Origin: Ostreococcus lucimarinus
Lineage: Eukaryota
Direction: 5' to 3' (one strand)
DNA length: 64,000 nucleotides
NCBI GenBank assembly: GCA_000092065.1
Contig: CP000595.1
How positions within the stretch are numbered: position 1 is the stretch's first letter; the number at the start of each line of letters is the position of its first letter. Positions 1 through 9,300 of this stretch are shown piece after piece. A program made the position numbers and the translations under genes. Below the pieces are notes generated by a model. It had not been told where the DNA came from. It ran no database searches and saw only the letters and a list, made by a program, of their open reading frames with translations.

Positions 1-17
1 GAACGGGCGTCGCGCGT

Positions 18-43
18 CGCGACGACGACGACGACGACGACGA

Positions 44-75
<32 letters not shown>
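18..75 (+). repeat. (ACG)n trinucleotide repeat, coding as poly-Thr
   Basis: gacgacgacg... run either side of the ATG at 43; translated as TTTTTTTTT. Confidence 0.8.
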
Positions 76-85
<10 letters not shown>

Positions 86-1398
86 GAAGGCGACGGCGCG
101 CGGAGGCGTCGGGCGGCGCGGTGACGACGGCGCGCGAGGGCGCGCGCGAGGGATGGGGCGCGAACGCGCGGGGGTTCGCGTGCGGCGCGCTGGTCGTCGG
201 GGCGGCGACGGGGGAGGGGGGGTGCGAGCGGCGCGGGGCGGCGGCGGCGGAGGCGGCGCCGACGTCGAACAAGTCGACGGCGCAGTGGCGAATATACACG
301 GATATAGGACGAGGATTGGTGCAAGAGGGAAAACTCGACGAAGCGCGACGGTATTTACAGCGCGCGCTGGTGGAGGCGAAGAAAGGGTTCGGCGAGGACG
401 ACGCGCACGTGGCGGCGGCGCTCAACAACCTCGCCGAGTTGAATAGAATCGAGGCGAGGTGGGAGGATTCGCAAGCGATGTTCGAGGAGGCGCTGGAGAT
501 ATTGCGACGGAAATACGGAGAAAATCATCCAGCGGTGGGAACGGCGTTACACAATCTCGCGGGGTGTCGACTCGCGCAGGACGACGTCGACGGAGCGTAC
601 GATTTGTACGCCAAGTCGCTCGCTCGCAAAGAGGCGACGCTCGGGACGAATCATCCAGAGTACGCGACGACGCTCTATCACATGGCCGAGGTGCTGTGTC
701 GAAGCGATCGTAAAGAAGATGCCATAGTGCTGCTCGAAAGATCGATCAAAGTGAGCGAAGAGATCGGTGCCGCGCACACGGACGCGTGCGCGCGGCGCAT
801 GAAGCGTCTCGCGCAACTGCTGTGGGAGTGCGAACGATTCGAGGACGCCGAACGCGTTCGGCGCCGTATTTTAAGCACTCTGGAGCACATGAATGGGATA
901 GATCACGTGAAGATTGCTGGTGCTTGCGAATCGCTCGCTCTCGTGCTCATGAAGCTCGGTCGTCTGGCCGAAGCGACGTCGTTGCTCGAGCGCTCGGCGA
1001 AGATTCTCGCTCGAGTGCGAGGAGACGGCGGCGCGCTCGCGCTCGCCTCGACGCGTCTGCATCTCGCCGAGGCCGCGCAGGGGATGGGAAACGACGACAA
1101 AGCGCTTAAGTTCTGTCGTCTGGCTCTCGAAATACTCTCACCGAGCGCGCTCGACGCGGTTCGTCGAGATGGTTTGCGTCCCGAGATTCGCGTCGGCGTC
1201 GTCGTGCAGCACGCGCGCGCCGCCGCGCTCCTTTGTGAACTCGCCCCTGACGACGCGACGGGGGACGAGCACGCGAGAAACGCCGCTCAAAACTTAGTCG
1301 CGGTGAAAGCGGTGCCCGGAATCGATCGTCGAGTCCTCGACAGCATCGATCGCGCCGAGTTTAATTTAACGCGAGCGAGCCGTCGCGTTCGCCAGTGA
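43..1398 (+). CDS. TPR-repeat protein (kinesin-light-chain-like TPR_12 repeats); N-terminal poly-Thr tract; may be 5'-partial because the frame is open to the window start
   Basis: 451-aa ORF with repeated TPR consensus (NLAELNRIEARWEDSQAMFEEALEILRRKYGENHPAVGTALHNLAG..., HPEYATTLYHMAEVL...). ATG at 43 lies inside an (ACG)n tract that continues upstream. Confidence 0.55.
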
Positions 1399-1470
1399 TT
1401 AGTTCTCTGGTCTCAGAGTTGTATTTCTAAGCGCGCTATTCTAGTCTCTCTATCCACGTCGCCCCATCCC

Positions 1471-1695
1471 TCACGCACTGGCCGCATCTTCGTCCAGTTC
1501 CGGCAAGTCTTCGGGGTCGTAAATCACCAACAACACCAACGAGCACGACGGGCAGTGCGCGACGTCCTCCCCCGCGCGCAATTCCTCGAGCGTGATTTGG
1601 AAAAAGTCCCCGCACGGGCACTGATACGTGTACGCCTTGAGGTCATCGCGCCACTCCATGTCCTCCAGATCGACTTCATCGTACGCCCCGCTCAT
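1471..1695 (-). CDS. DPH3: Diphthamide biosynthesis protein 3 (DPH3/KTI11), CSL-type zinc finger, 74 aa
   Basis: MSGAYDEVDLEDMEWRDDLKAYTYQCPCGDFFQITLEELRAGEDVAHCPSCSLVLLVIYD matches the DPH3 core (YTYPCPCGD...CPSCSL). ATG (cat) at 1693-1695, TGA at 1471-1473. The track buries it in a 349-aa spurious Arg-rich ORF. Confidence 0.8.
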   Translation of the reverse strand: MSGAYDEVDLEDMEWRDDLKAYTYQCPCGDFFQITLEELRAGEDVAHCPSCSLVLLVIYDPEDLPELDEDAASA

Positions 1696-1797
1696 CGCTC
1701 GCGCGCCGACGCGCGCGTCGTCGCGCGCTCGGTGGTCCGCCGCGTCGCGCACTGCGCCGCCGACGCGTCCTCGCGGCGCCGTTTCCCGGGGCGGGCT

Positions 1798-1811
1798 GGG
1801 GTTTAGCCAAT
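1798..1811. promoter_or_regulatory. Telomere-like GGGGTTTAG (telo-box-like) next to a CCAAT box, in the divergent DPH3/RPL21 promoter region
   Basis: ggggtttagccaat at 1798-1811. Telo-box (AAACCCTAA/TTAGGGTTT) elements are typical of plant/algal ribosomal-protein promoters; 8/9 match here. Confidence 0.3.
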
Positions 1812-1984
1812 ATTTCGCGAGGAGGGCCACGAGACTCGTATTCGAACACGATTTAAGTCGATTCGAGACACGCATCACGAGACACAAAGCACGACGCACG
1901 CCCACCGTCCTCGAACGCGGTCGCTCGCGACGCGCGCGTCGTCGAGGCCGTCTCTTTCTGACGCGCGTCGTCGGTCGTGTAGTA

Positions 1985-2470
1985 GGTGCGTCCGTCGAGG
2001 CGACGCGAACGCGCGCGGAACGCATCGATGCCCGCGATCGCGCGTCGGCGCGCGGTCGAGCGCGACGGAGAACGACGGCGCGGACGTCGAGCGCGCGCAT
2101 CGATCGCGGGCGTGACCCTAGGCGGCGTCGCGCGCGATTCGCGGGAAGGCATCGCGCGAGGCGTCGACGAGGGGATCGAGCGATCGATGCGTCGGATGCA
2201 GACGAAATGTTCGCGTCGTGCGCGCGTCGTGTCGCGCGCGCGCGCGGGATGCGCGCGATGAGGCGTCGTGACGCGTGTTCGATCGCGTTCGGAAGCCCTA
2301 AGGCGGGAGGACCGGGCGCGACGCGCGGGCGCGCGGACGAACGCGAGCGTCGCGGGGACGCACGGCGCGAGCGAACGTGGAAAATATAATCACTGTTTGC
2401 GTCCGGCGCGCGAACCTTGGACCTCGAACGATGAAACTGACCAGAACGCCTCCTTCCTACGCGCAGATAG
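1985..2470 (+). other. Putative 5'-UTR intron of RPL21 (GTGCGT donor at 1985, ACTGAC branch at about 2436, polypyrimidine tract, acceptor CAGATAG directly before the ATG)
   Basis: tagtag|gtgcgtcc near 1985. gatgaaactgaccagaacgcctccttcctacgcgcagatag|ATG at 2430-2473 follows the same grammar as the coding introns in this window. No transcript evidence. Confidence 0.3.
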
Positions 2471-2977
2471 ATGGGTAACCAACGCGCCCGATCGCGCGGT
2501 TTGCGCCACGGCACCCGCAACTTGTTCTCCCGTGGTCACCGTGAGCATGGTACTTTGAACACGACGACGTACTTGCGTACGTTCCGTGTCGGTGATTACG
2601 TCGACATTAAGGTGAACTCGGCGCAACAAAAGGGTATGCCGTACTTGCAGTACCAAGGCAAGACGGGCATCGTGTGGAACGTGACGCCGCGAGCTGTGGG
2701 TGTGGAGATTAACAAGACCATCGGTGGTCGCATCGCTCGTAAGCGCATTCACGTGCGCGTTGAGCACGTGCAACACTCCCGATGCCGTGAGGATTTCATC
2801 GCCCGTCGTGCGGCGAACGACAAGGCGCACCACGAAGCGAAGTTGGCTGGAAAGAAGATCGTGACCAAGCGTCCGGTCACTGGCGCGCCGCGCACGGGGT
2901 TTGCGCTCGAGAACGTGAAGTCGGAACTCTTGACTCCGATCCCGTACGATATCTTGCGCGAAGGCATGAAGTACTAA
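2471..2977 (+). CDS. RPL21: 60S ribosomal protein L21e
   Basis: 168-aa ORF. MGNQRARSRGLRHGTRNLFSRGHREHG...VGDYVDIKVNSAQQKGMPYLQYQGKTGIVWNV...RIHVRVEHVQHSRCREDF is colinear with eukaryotic L21e. Confidence 0.9.
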   Translation: MGNQRARSRGLRHGTRNLFSRGHREHGTLNTTTYLRTFRVGDYVDIKVNSAQQKGMPYLQYQGKTGIVWNVTPRAVGVEINKTIGGRIARKRIHVRVEHVQHSRCREDFIARRAANDKAHHEAKLAGKKIVTKRPVTGAPRTGFALENVKSELLTPIPYDILREGMKY

Positions 2978-3004
2978 ATCTTAGCATACGAATCGGATTG
3001 GGTT

Positions 3005-3009
3005 TGTAA
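3005..3009 (+). promoter_or_regulatory. TGTAA poly(A)-signal-like motif 28 nt after the RPL21 stop
   Basis: TGTAA is the chlorophyte poly(A) signal. It recurs 20-90 nt downstream of many stops here: ARM-BTB at 11286, SSF1 at 17347, Patched at 43974, DUF726 at 46177 and 46186, SEL1L at 51405, and on the minus strand after S16, UMPK and ALG1. Confidence 0.35.
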
Positions 3010-3102
3010 ACTGTAGGTGAGACCTGCTTAAAAATTTCAAAGCTCCCGTCGCGTCGCTTGGCGTCCTCACTATCACGCTCTCGCGCGTCTCAACGCGTCA
3101 CC

Positions 3103-4314
3103 ATGTCGCTTCCTCCCGAATTGCTCGATTTCTGCGTGTGCAAAGGTCCGGGGGACACGATTTCTGAACAGCAGCTCGCCGACGCAGGGGTGAAGCGCGC
3201 CGTCATTCACGGAGACGCGGCGCTGGATACGAAGAATGCGCTCGCAGTCACGTCGTTGTGCAAAGTCAGGTTGAAATGGAAGTTCGACGATGAAGAGTGC
3301 TGGAAACAGGATGAATTCGTCGTGTACGATGGAACAGTACCGAGCGGTGTCGAACTGGCGATCATGAATCTTCACGAGGGCGAAAGTGTCGCCTTCAACG
3401 CGCGCGGCGAAGCGGCGCTGACTGATTTCGAGCCGCTGCCCAAGGCGGACATCTCACAGGTCTTTCGGTCAGGTCAAGCGGAGGTCTTGGATGTCAAACT
3501 CGAGCGTAAGGATAAGTTTGACATGAGCGCGAGCGACAAAATCGCATTCGGCGAAAAAATGAATGAGATTGGCAAGAAGTTGTTCGCGAACGGTCGACTG
3601 GCGCGCGCCGCTGAGGTTTGGAAACGAGCCGCCGAGGTTTTCGCAGTTTTAGAGCCCGAAGACGAGGACGTGAATCCGAACGGGATGAAAAATAACGAGG
3701 CATGTCACGAAGTAGCTCGAAAAGTCTACCTGAATATGGCTCTCGTCATGTACAAACTCGAAAACTTTACTGAATGTGAATTGTATTGCTGCGATGTATT
3801 GGACACTCGCGTCGATGAGCCGACGTACTCCCAAATCAAATCGAAGGCGCTGTTTCGACGAGGTTGCGCTCGACTGAAGCTCAGAAAAGTTTCGCTTGGA
3901 TCTAGAATCACCGCTGACACGGCTGAGGCGGATTTCTTCCTCGCCAGCGAGCTCGATTCTAGCATCGACGTCGCCGCGCATTTCGACGCTTGCACGGAAC
4001 TGCGAGAGCAACTCTTGGCGTCTGGAGTTGAAATCCCGTCCGACGACGTCGAAACGCCGAACGTCGAAGATGAGATGAATCATTACCCTACCGATATCGA
4101 ACACGCTTTGCGCCAAATCCGACGCGAAAATTTACACGACGGGTTGGCGTTCGAACATCCGCAGAAGCGCGCGGCGATTCTTGAAGAGCGCATGCGCGTC
4201 TACAGGCGACTCATGGATGAAACGCCTTGGAGCGCGCTTCGAGGAACGATGTTCGATGCGGACTCTGAAGAGCTGCAAAAAACCGCCACCACTGCGCGCG
4301 AGGTTGATACATGA
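3103..4314 (+). CDS. AIP/FKBP-like protein: degenerate FKBP-like N-domain plus C-terminal TPR repeats
   Basis: The track start at 3058 is TTG; the first ATG is at 3103 (MSLPPELLDF...). N-domain VYDGTVPSGVELAIMNLHEGESVAF is FKBP-like. The TPR region (KIAFGEKMNEIGKKLFANGRLARAAEVWKRA...YLNMALVMYKLENFTECELYCCDVLD...SKALFRRGCARLKL) is colinear with AIP/XAP2-type FKBP-TPR proteins. Lower GC than neighbours. Confidence 0.5.
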   Translation: MSLPPELLDFCVCKGPGDTISEQQLADAGVKRAVIHGDAALDTKNALAVTSLCKVRLKWKFDDEECWKQDEFVVYDGTVPSGVELAIMNLHEGESVAFNARGEAALTDFEPLPKADISQVFRSGQAEVLDVKLERKDKFDMSASDKIAFGEKMNEIGKKLFANGRLARAAEVWKRAAEVFAVLEPEDEDVNPNGMKNNEACHEVARKVYLNMALVMYKLENFTECELYCCDVLDTRVDEPTYSQIKSKALFRRGCARLKLRKVSLGSRITADTAEADFFLASELDSSIDVAAHFDACTELREQLLASGVEIPSDDVETPNVEDEMNHYPTDIEHALRQIRRENLHDGLAFEHPQKRAAILEERMRVYRRLMDETPWSALRGTMFDADSEELQKTATTAREVDT

Positions 4315-4339
4315 TTTATAACAAACAACAACGACATTA

Positions 4340-5107
4340 TTAACTGTTTCTCATTTTCGAAGCCGCGGCGTCGTCGACGATCCATCGCACGTCCCCGGTG
4401 ACCAAGGCGGCGGGCACGGAGCCATCTTGCGGCGCCTCTTCCAATATTCGAGCCGTCATTTCGGCTTTTCCCGCACCGGAGGCGACAAAAACTTTCGCTC
4501 GAGCGGCGTTCACCAAGGGCAAGGAGAACGTCACGCGTTCCGGCGGCGGTTTCGGCGAGTCGGCGATTGGTAAAATCCATCCCTCGGTCTCGCGCAACAG
4601 CGCGTGGTTTGGAAACAGCGAGCAGATGTGACCGTCGGGCCCGAATCCGAGCAAGAGCATGTCGAACACCGGCAATCCATCTTCGTTCAACTCGATCACG
4701 TCCGGCGTCAGCGCGCGTAAATCTCTCTCGTACGCCTCCGCGCACGGCTTCGCCGCGCCCTCGTTGCGTTCGCACAGCGTCTCGTCGACGGCGTACAACC
4801 GTTCTCGCTTCACGCTCACGTCCCCGAACAGCGCCCGCATCGCGCCTCCAAAATTCGATTCCTCGTCGTCCCACTTCACGCATCGCTCGTCCACCCAAAA
4901 CACTCGCCATTTATCCCACTCCACTCGCCGCGTCTCCTCCCGCAGCGCTCCGAGCGCCTTCGCGAGCGACCCCCCCGCGAGCGCCACCGCGAACGTCCCT
5001 CGCTTCTCGATCGCTTCTCTCGACGCCGTCTCCACCGCGTCCGCCAGCGCCTTCGCGCACGCGTCGTTATCGCGCACGCGTTCCATCGTCACCGAGGTCG
5101 CATCCAT
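4340..5107 (-). CDS. PGL: 6-phosphogluconolactonase
   Basis: VALAGGS...WVDERCV...LLLGFGPDGHICSLFPN...VFVASGAGKAEM are 6PGL/GlcN6P-isomerase family motifs. I chose the start at MDATSV (cat at 5105-5107). The Arg-rich upstream extension to 5344 could be a transit peptide or a GC artefact. Confidence 0.75.
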   Translation of the reverse strand: MDATSVTMERVRDNDACAKALADAVETASREAIEKRGTFAVALAGGSLAKALGALREETRRVEWDKWRVFWVDERCVKWDDEESNFGGAMRALFGDVSVKRERLYAVDETLCERNEGAAKPCAEAYERDLRALTPDVIELNEDGLPVFDMLLLGFGPDGHICSLFPNHALLRETEGWILPIADSPKPPPERVTFSLPLVNAARAKVFVASGAGKAEMTARILEEAPQDGSVPAALVTGDVRWIVDDAAASKMRNS

Positions 5108-5365
5108 CGCGTCCCGACGACGATGTCCCGCGCGACGACGATGTCCCGCGCGACGTCCCGGTCGTCGCTCGAGCGGTCGACGCCGCGCCGCGATCGTCGC
5201 GCGCGAGTCCGACGCCCGCGCGCGTCGCATCGGATCGATCGCGCGCGAACCACCGCGTCGCGCGGTGCGCGCGTCGTCGCTCGCACGGCGCGCATCCATC
5301 GGTCGATGCGATTCGATTCGACGCGACGCGCGCGCGCGCCGCACTCGACGACGCGACGACGGCGG

Positions 5366-5482
5366 ATGGCGACTCGACGCGCGCTCCGACCGCTCATGGA
5401 CCGCGTGCTGGTGGAGCGCATCGCGCCCGCGACGAAATCCGTGGGGGGGGTGCTGCTGCCGGAGAGCATGACGGGGAACACG
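5366..5482 (+). CDS. CPN10: Cpn10/GroES (HSP10) exon 1 of 3; the gene is join(5366..5482,5672..5741,5872..5996)
   Basis: MATRRALRPLMDRVLVERIAPATKSVGGVLLPES matches the Hsp10 N-terminus (M.KRLIPLLDRVLVEKI..GGILLPEK). The exon ends at ACG|gtgcgt. Confidence 0.7.
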
Positions 5483-5545
5483 GTGCGTCGACGACGAGGA
5501 CGAAGGCTCGCGAAGGATGGTCGGCGGCGACGCATGCGCGCACGC

Positions 5546-5575
5546 ATGAATGAATGAATGAATGAATGAATGAAT
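5546..5575. repeat. (ATGA)7 microsatellite inside Cpn10 intron 1
   Basis: atgaatgaatgaatgaatgaatgaatg. Confidence 0.8.
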
Positions 5576-5671
5576 GCGCGCGCGCGCGCGGACATCGACG
5601 ACGGTGGCGGACGAAAAAACAAAGGATGAAAGACTGACGCGGAGAATCGCGCGATGACGACGCGGACGCAG

Positions 5672-5741
5672 ATGAACGAGGCGAAAGTGATCGCCGCGGG
5701 ACCGGGACGAAGAACGATGAGCGGCGAGCTCGTGCCGTTGG
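5672..5741 (+). CDS. CPN10: Cpn10/GroES exon 2 (MNEAKVIAAGPGRRTMSGELVPL, phase-1 end)
   Basis: Acceptor gacgcag|ATGAAC after an ACTGAC branch at 5633. Matches Hsp10 GKVIAVGPGSRDKDGKLIPV. Donor TTGG|gtgcgag at 5742. Confidence 0.65.
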
Positions 5742-5871
5742 GTGCGAGACGCGACGCGCGCGCGCGATGAAACGCGAAACGGACGCGAAACGGGACGAAC
5801 AGACGACGGTGACGACGATGACGACGACGATGACTGACGAAGGAATCGATGACGGTTCGGACGAGGCGCAG

Positions 5872-5996
5872 AGATTAAGGTCGGGGACGTCGTCGCGCTT
5901 CCGGAATTCGGCGGCGCCGCGGTGAACGCGGGCGACGGCTCGGGGAAGGAGTACTTTATCTATCGCGAAGAAGAGATCGTGGGCGTCGTGGAGTGA
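5872..5996 (+). CDS. CPN10: Cpn10/GroES exon 3 (EIKVGDVVALPEFGGAAVNAGDGSGKEYFIYREEEIVGVVE*)
   Basis: Acceptor ggcgcag|AG after an ACTGAC at 5832. Matches Hsp10 VKEGDTVLLPEYGGTQVKLG.KEYHLFRDEDVLG. TGA at 5994-5996. Full protein about 103 aa. Confidence 0.65.
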
Positions 5997-6323
5997 GCGC
6001 ACCGCGCGTGACGCGAATTTAGCATCGATCGACGCGCGCGACGCGTCGTTTAATCCGACATTACGGGCATTCATTCAAAGTCGACGCGCGCGCCTCGCCC
6101 CGGCGGGTTTCGACGCGAGCGACAATCGACGTCGCACAACGCGACTCGCGGGTCGACCGCGCGCGCGATCGCGCGTGATCGCGCGACGGATTCGTTTACA
6201 CGTCACGTCGCGCGCGCGCGAAGCGCACGCGCTCGTACGCGCCGCGAACGCGCGAACGGTGTCGATTCGATTTGAACTCTCGACGCGACGGGATTTTGAC
6301 TTTGAAACGCGCCGACGCGCGCG

Positions 6324-9300
6324 ATGACGCGCGAGGAGCGAGGATCGTCGGCGAAGAAGAAGCGTCGAACGTCAACGTCGAGCGCGAAGGGCGAGAGCGG
6401 GGCGACGCTCGACGGACAACGCGAGGCGCGCGCGCTCGGGCCGTGGTCGACGACGGCGCGCGCGCGAGAGGAACGCGCGCGCGCGCGCGCGCACGCGAGC
6501 GCGAGCGCGAGTGGGAAACGAACGAGGGAGGAGGAGGAAAAGGGATCGTTTCGTGGATTATTCGTGGATTGTCGGACGGTGGACGATGACGCGGCGTTCG
6601 AGGCGTGGGAACGGGAGATGCGGGCGGTGGGCGAGGCGCTGCGCGAGTGCCCGTGTACCGAGAAAGACTGGGAGAGCGTGGGGGCGATGGAGAGTGCGCA
6701 AGGCGAAGGCGAAAGTGATGCGTGGGAAAGCGAGAAGATTTGGCTTCATAAGATGTCACGCATCGCGTTCTACGACTCGCAACCGCTGAGCGAGACGAAC
6801 GCGTGGCCGTTCGCTTCGAGAACGAAGAAGGACGCTACAAAGTCGACGGTGGCGCTCTTCAAGGCGAGCGTCTCGGCTTTCATCGCAGCGAAAAATACGC
6901 AGCGACTTGCGGAAGTGGACTGGAAATTACAAGAAAATAAATTAATCAACAGTTGGAAAGAATTGCTTATGACCCACACGCCTCGTCCGGGAGGCTTGGC
7001 AGACGTGTCGTGCGAGTTCAACGTGCACGTCACAGCGCTCGAGCAAGAGTTGGCGAAGAGACAAAATGAAGGTGATAAATCGGATGAATTTGGACGGCGC
7101 ATCAAACACATCAAAATCATGATACAGGTGTTGCAAAGCATAAAGGCGAGCTTCCAGTACTGCGCCACGGCGCTTTATGACACCGTGTTCGCGCCTCTGA
7201 GAGCTTTTTCTTCGGCGTCCATTACGAGTGAAAATTTCGAATCCGGCGTGGAGTTCGTCTCATGGGCCAGTCGCTCGGTGATGATCGCATCCGAACTGTG
7301 CCAAACGAAAGATTCATATCACGTTCGAATGACGCGATACACCAAACACGAGTTTTTGAATTGGTCACGAAAACTTTTGGACTTCTTCTACCACCACCTA
7401 TCGTCCGTGAGAGGTTCGCACATTGTCGAAACACTCGGGTCAGGTAGTGATTGTGCAGAATTAATGCAGCTCATCAAGTGCTTACCCACCATGCGTCTGA
7501 CGCTACCGTGCAAAGGGACTAGCCGGCGTGCCACCTATCTTTCGGACACAAGATTTTCGGACAAATTTCAACGAAAGCTGACACGATTCGCTCTCACGGT
7601 GATCGGTGCTGCAAAGTCTCAACTTTCGCAGCACACACAAACGCACAAATTAGGCAAATTTCTGTTCCCGGAGTGGATCGAGCATCTCGTCGATACCATC
7701 GAGCACAATAAGAGTTACACAGTGAAAGAGCTAGCCCGGGAGATTCTTCTCTCGTTGGATATTGCCAACTTGCTCGCAACTCGTGTAGAAGTGCTCAGCG
7801 TAAAATCTCTCATAAAATTGTCTGACGATGAATTGTCTGTCGACGACGAATTGTCTGTCGACTACGATGACGACGTAAAAGAGCTCAAAGAGTTGTTATC
7901 ATGGCTTCGCTCAATATTAAGCGTGCATCCATCCAAGTTGAGGAACGTGGCTGACTTGGCGAAGGACTTGATTTCCGTCTTTGGATTCTGTCGCCTCCGA
8001 CGCGAAACACATGGTGACAAAGTTCAAAAAAGTGGGCATGATCATAGTTTAGAGTCGGACATATGCAGTATCTTTGCGTGCCTCGCCGTCAGTCGCGATC
8101 ACGACCTTGACGATGAAGAGAAGCTCAAATCTTGTCCGTGTGAGATGGTCAAGTTGAGATCTGAAGACGCGAGAAAAATGATTCAGCAATTGGTGATGCA
8201 TGAAGATCATCTCGACGATGTCGAGGCGGTGATTTTGAATATGCTAACGCTGGATCGAACGAGCATGTCAGCGAGCGATACAACCATCCCTTCCGCTTTG
8301 GCCGCGCTGACTATGTTGGTCCGAAAAAATTGTGTCCTCAGGGAGCGATTTTTCAAATCGGGCGACACCACCAACACGTTGTTGGAGATTCTTGAGTGCA
8401 AGAATGCGAACGTAGCGCGCATCACCAGCGCTTGCATTCTGTCATTCGAAGAGCATCATCGGCTCGTGACTAGTTTGTACAAACCGAACGTGATCACCGA
8501 TAAAAAAGGCGAGCAAGTGACTGAAATATCTGGTTGGGACGTTGACACGATTCGTCAGTCGCTCAGAGCCATCTCTGCGCTCGTCAAAGACTCTACCGTG
8601 TCTTCAATCGGTTTCGATAGCGCCATTTTGGAAGTCATCTGCACTGATAGGCGAATGCTTGTTCTTACGAACAAGATCAAGGCGACGATAGAAAAGAAGA
8701 TTAACAAGAGTATGGATTATCCCAACTCCCGGCTCTGCTTCCCAGAAGCTCTGCTTGAAGAATGGGTGTTCGATCTACTCTGCATGAGAAGCGATCTTCT
8801 CACTCAAATGGCCACTGCGGTCACAAACGGCGGCGGTGACCCGTGGAAAAACTTCAAGCCTAAACATGAAGAGTTCGCGAGTTTCATCAGTCGTGAGTTT
8901 GAAGTCGCGAACACCGACGCGACGATACCACCGGAGGCGCACGCAGAATGGTTTCAAGAGGTCGTGACATTGGTGACAACTGTGCAAGAAAAACTCAAGA
9001 AAGACGAGGAAATCTCCGACGTCTGCAGTATTTTGATGGATGGAGACACCGATGGTCCATCTTCCCGTGTTGGTATCGTAGTCCCCATCTTAACTCTGTT
9101 ACACAAATGTCGCATCTTGCAGGAGCACAATTTGATTTCCGAGCTAGAAGTCGAGGGCATCAGCGATATTGAAAAAGAAGCGTGTTACGTCATCGGCTTA
9201 TTAGCGAGTAAGCAAGGAATTCAAGATCGTATCGCAAGCTCTTTCCTTATCGAAGGCAAGAACGGAATCGAGCAATTAATTCCGCTCTTGCAACGATACC

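Noticed and set aside
1471-2520. 349-aa minus-strand ORF around DPH3, and the 253-aa plus ORF at 1628..2389.
   Set aside because: Only the last 74 codons (DPH3) are conserved. The remainder is Arg/Ala/Ser-rich translation of GC-rich intergenic DNA with no start-to-stop logic. It is a typical high-GC ORF artefact.
4567-5553. 328-aa plus ORF antisense to 6-phosphogluconolactonase.
   Set aside because: Pro/Arg/Ser/Thr low-complexity run. The opposite strand carries clear 6PGL motifs.
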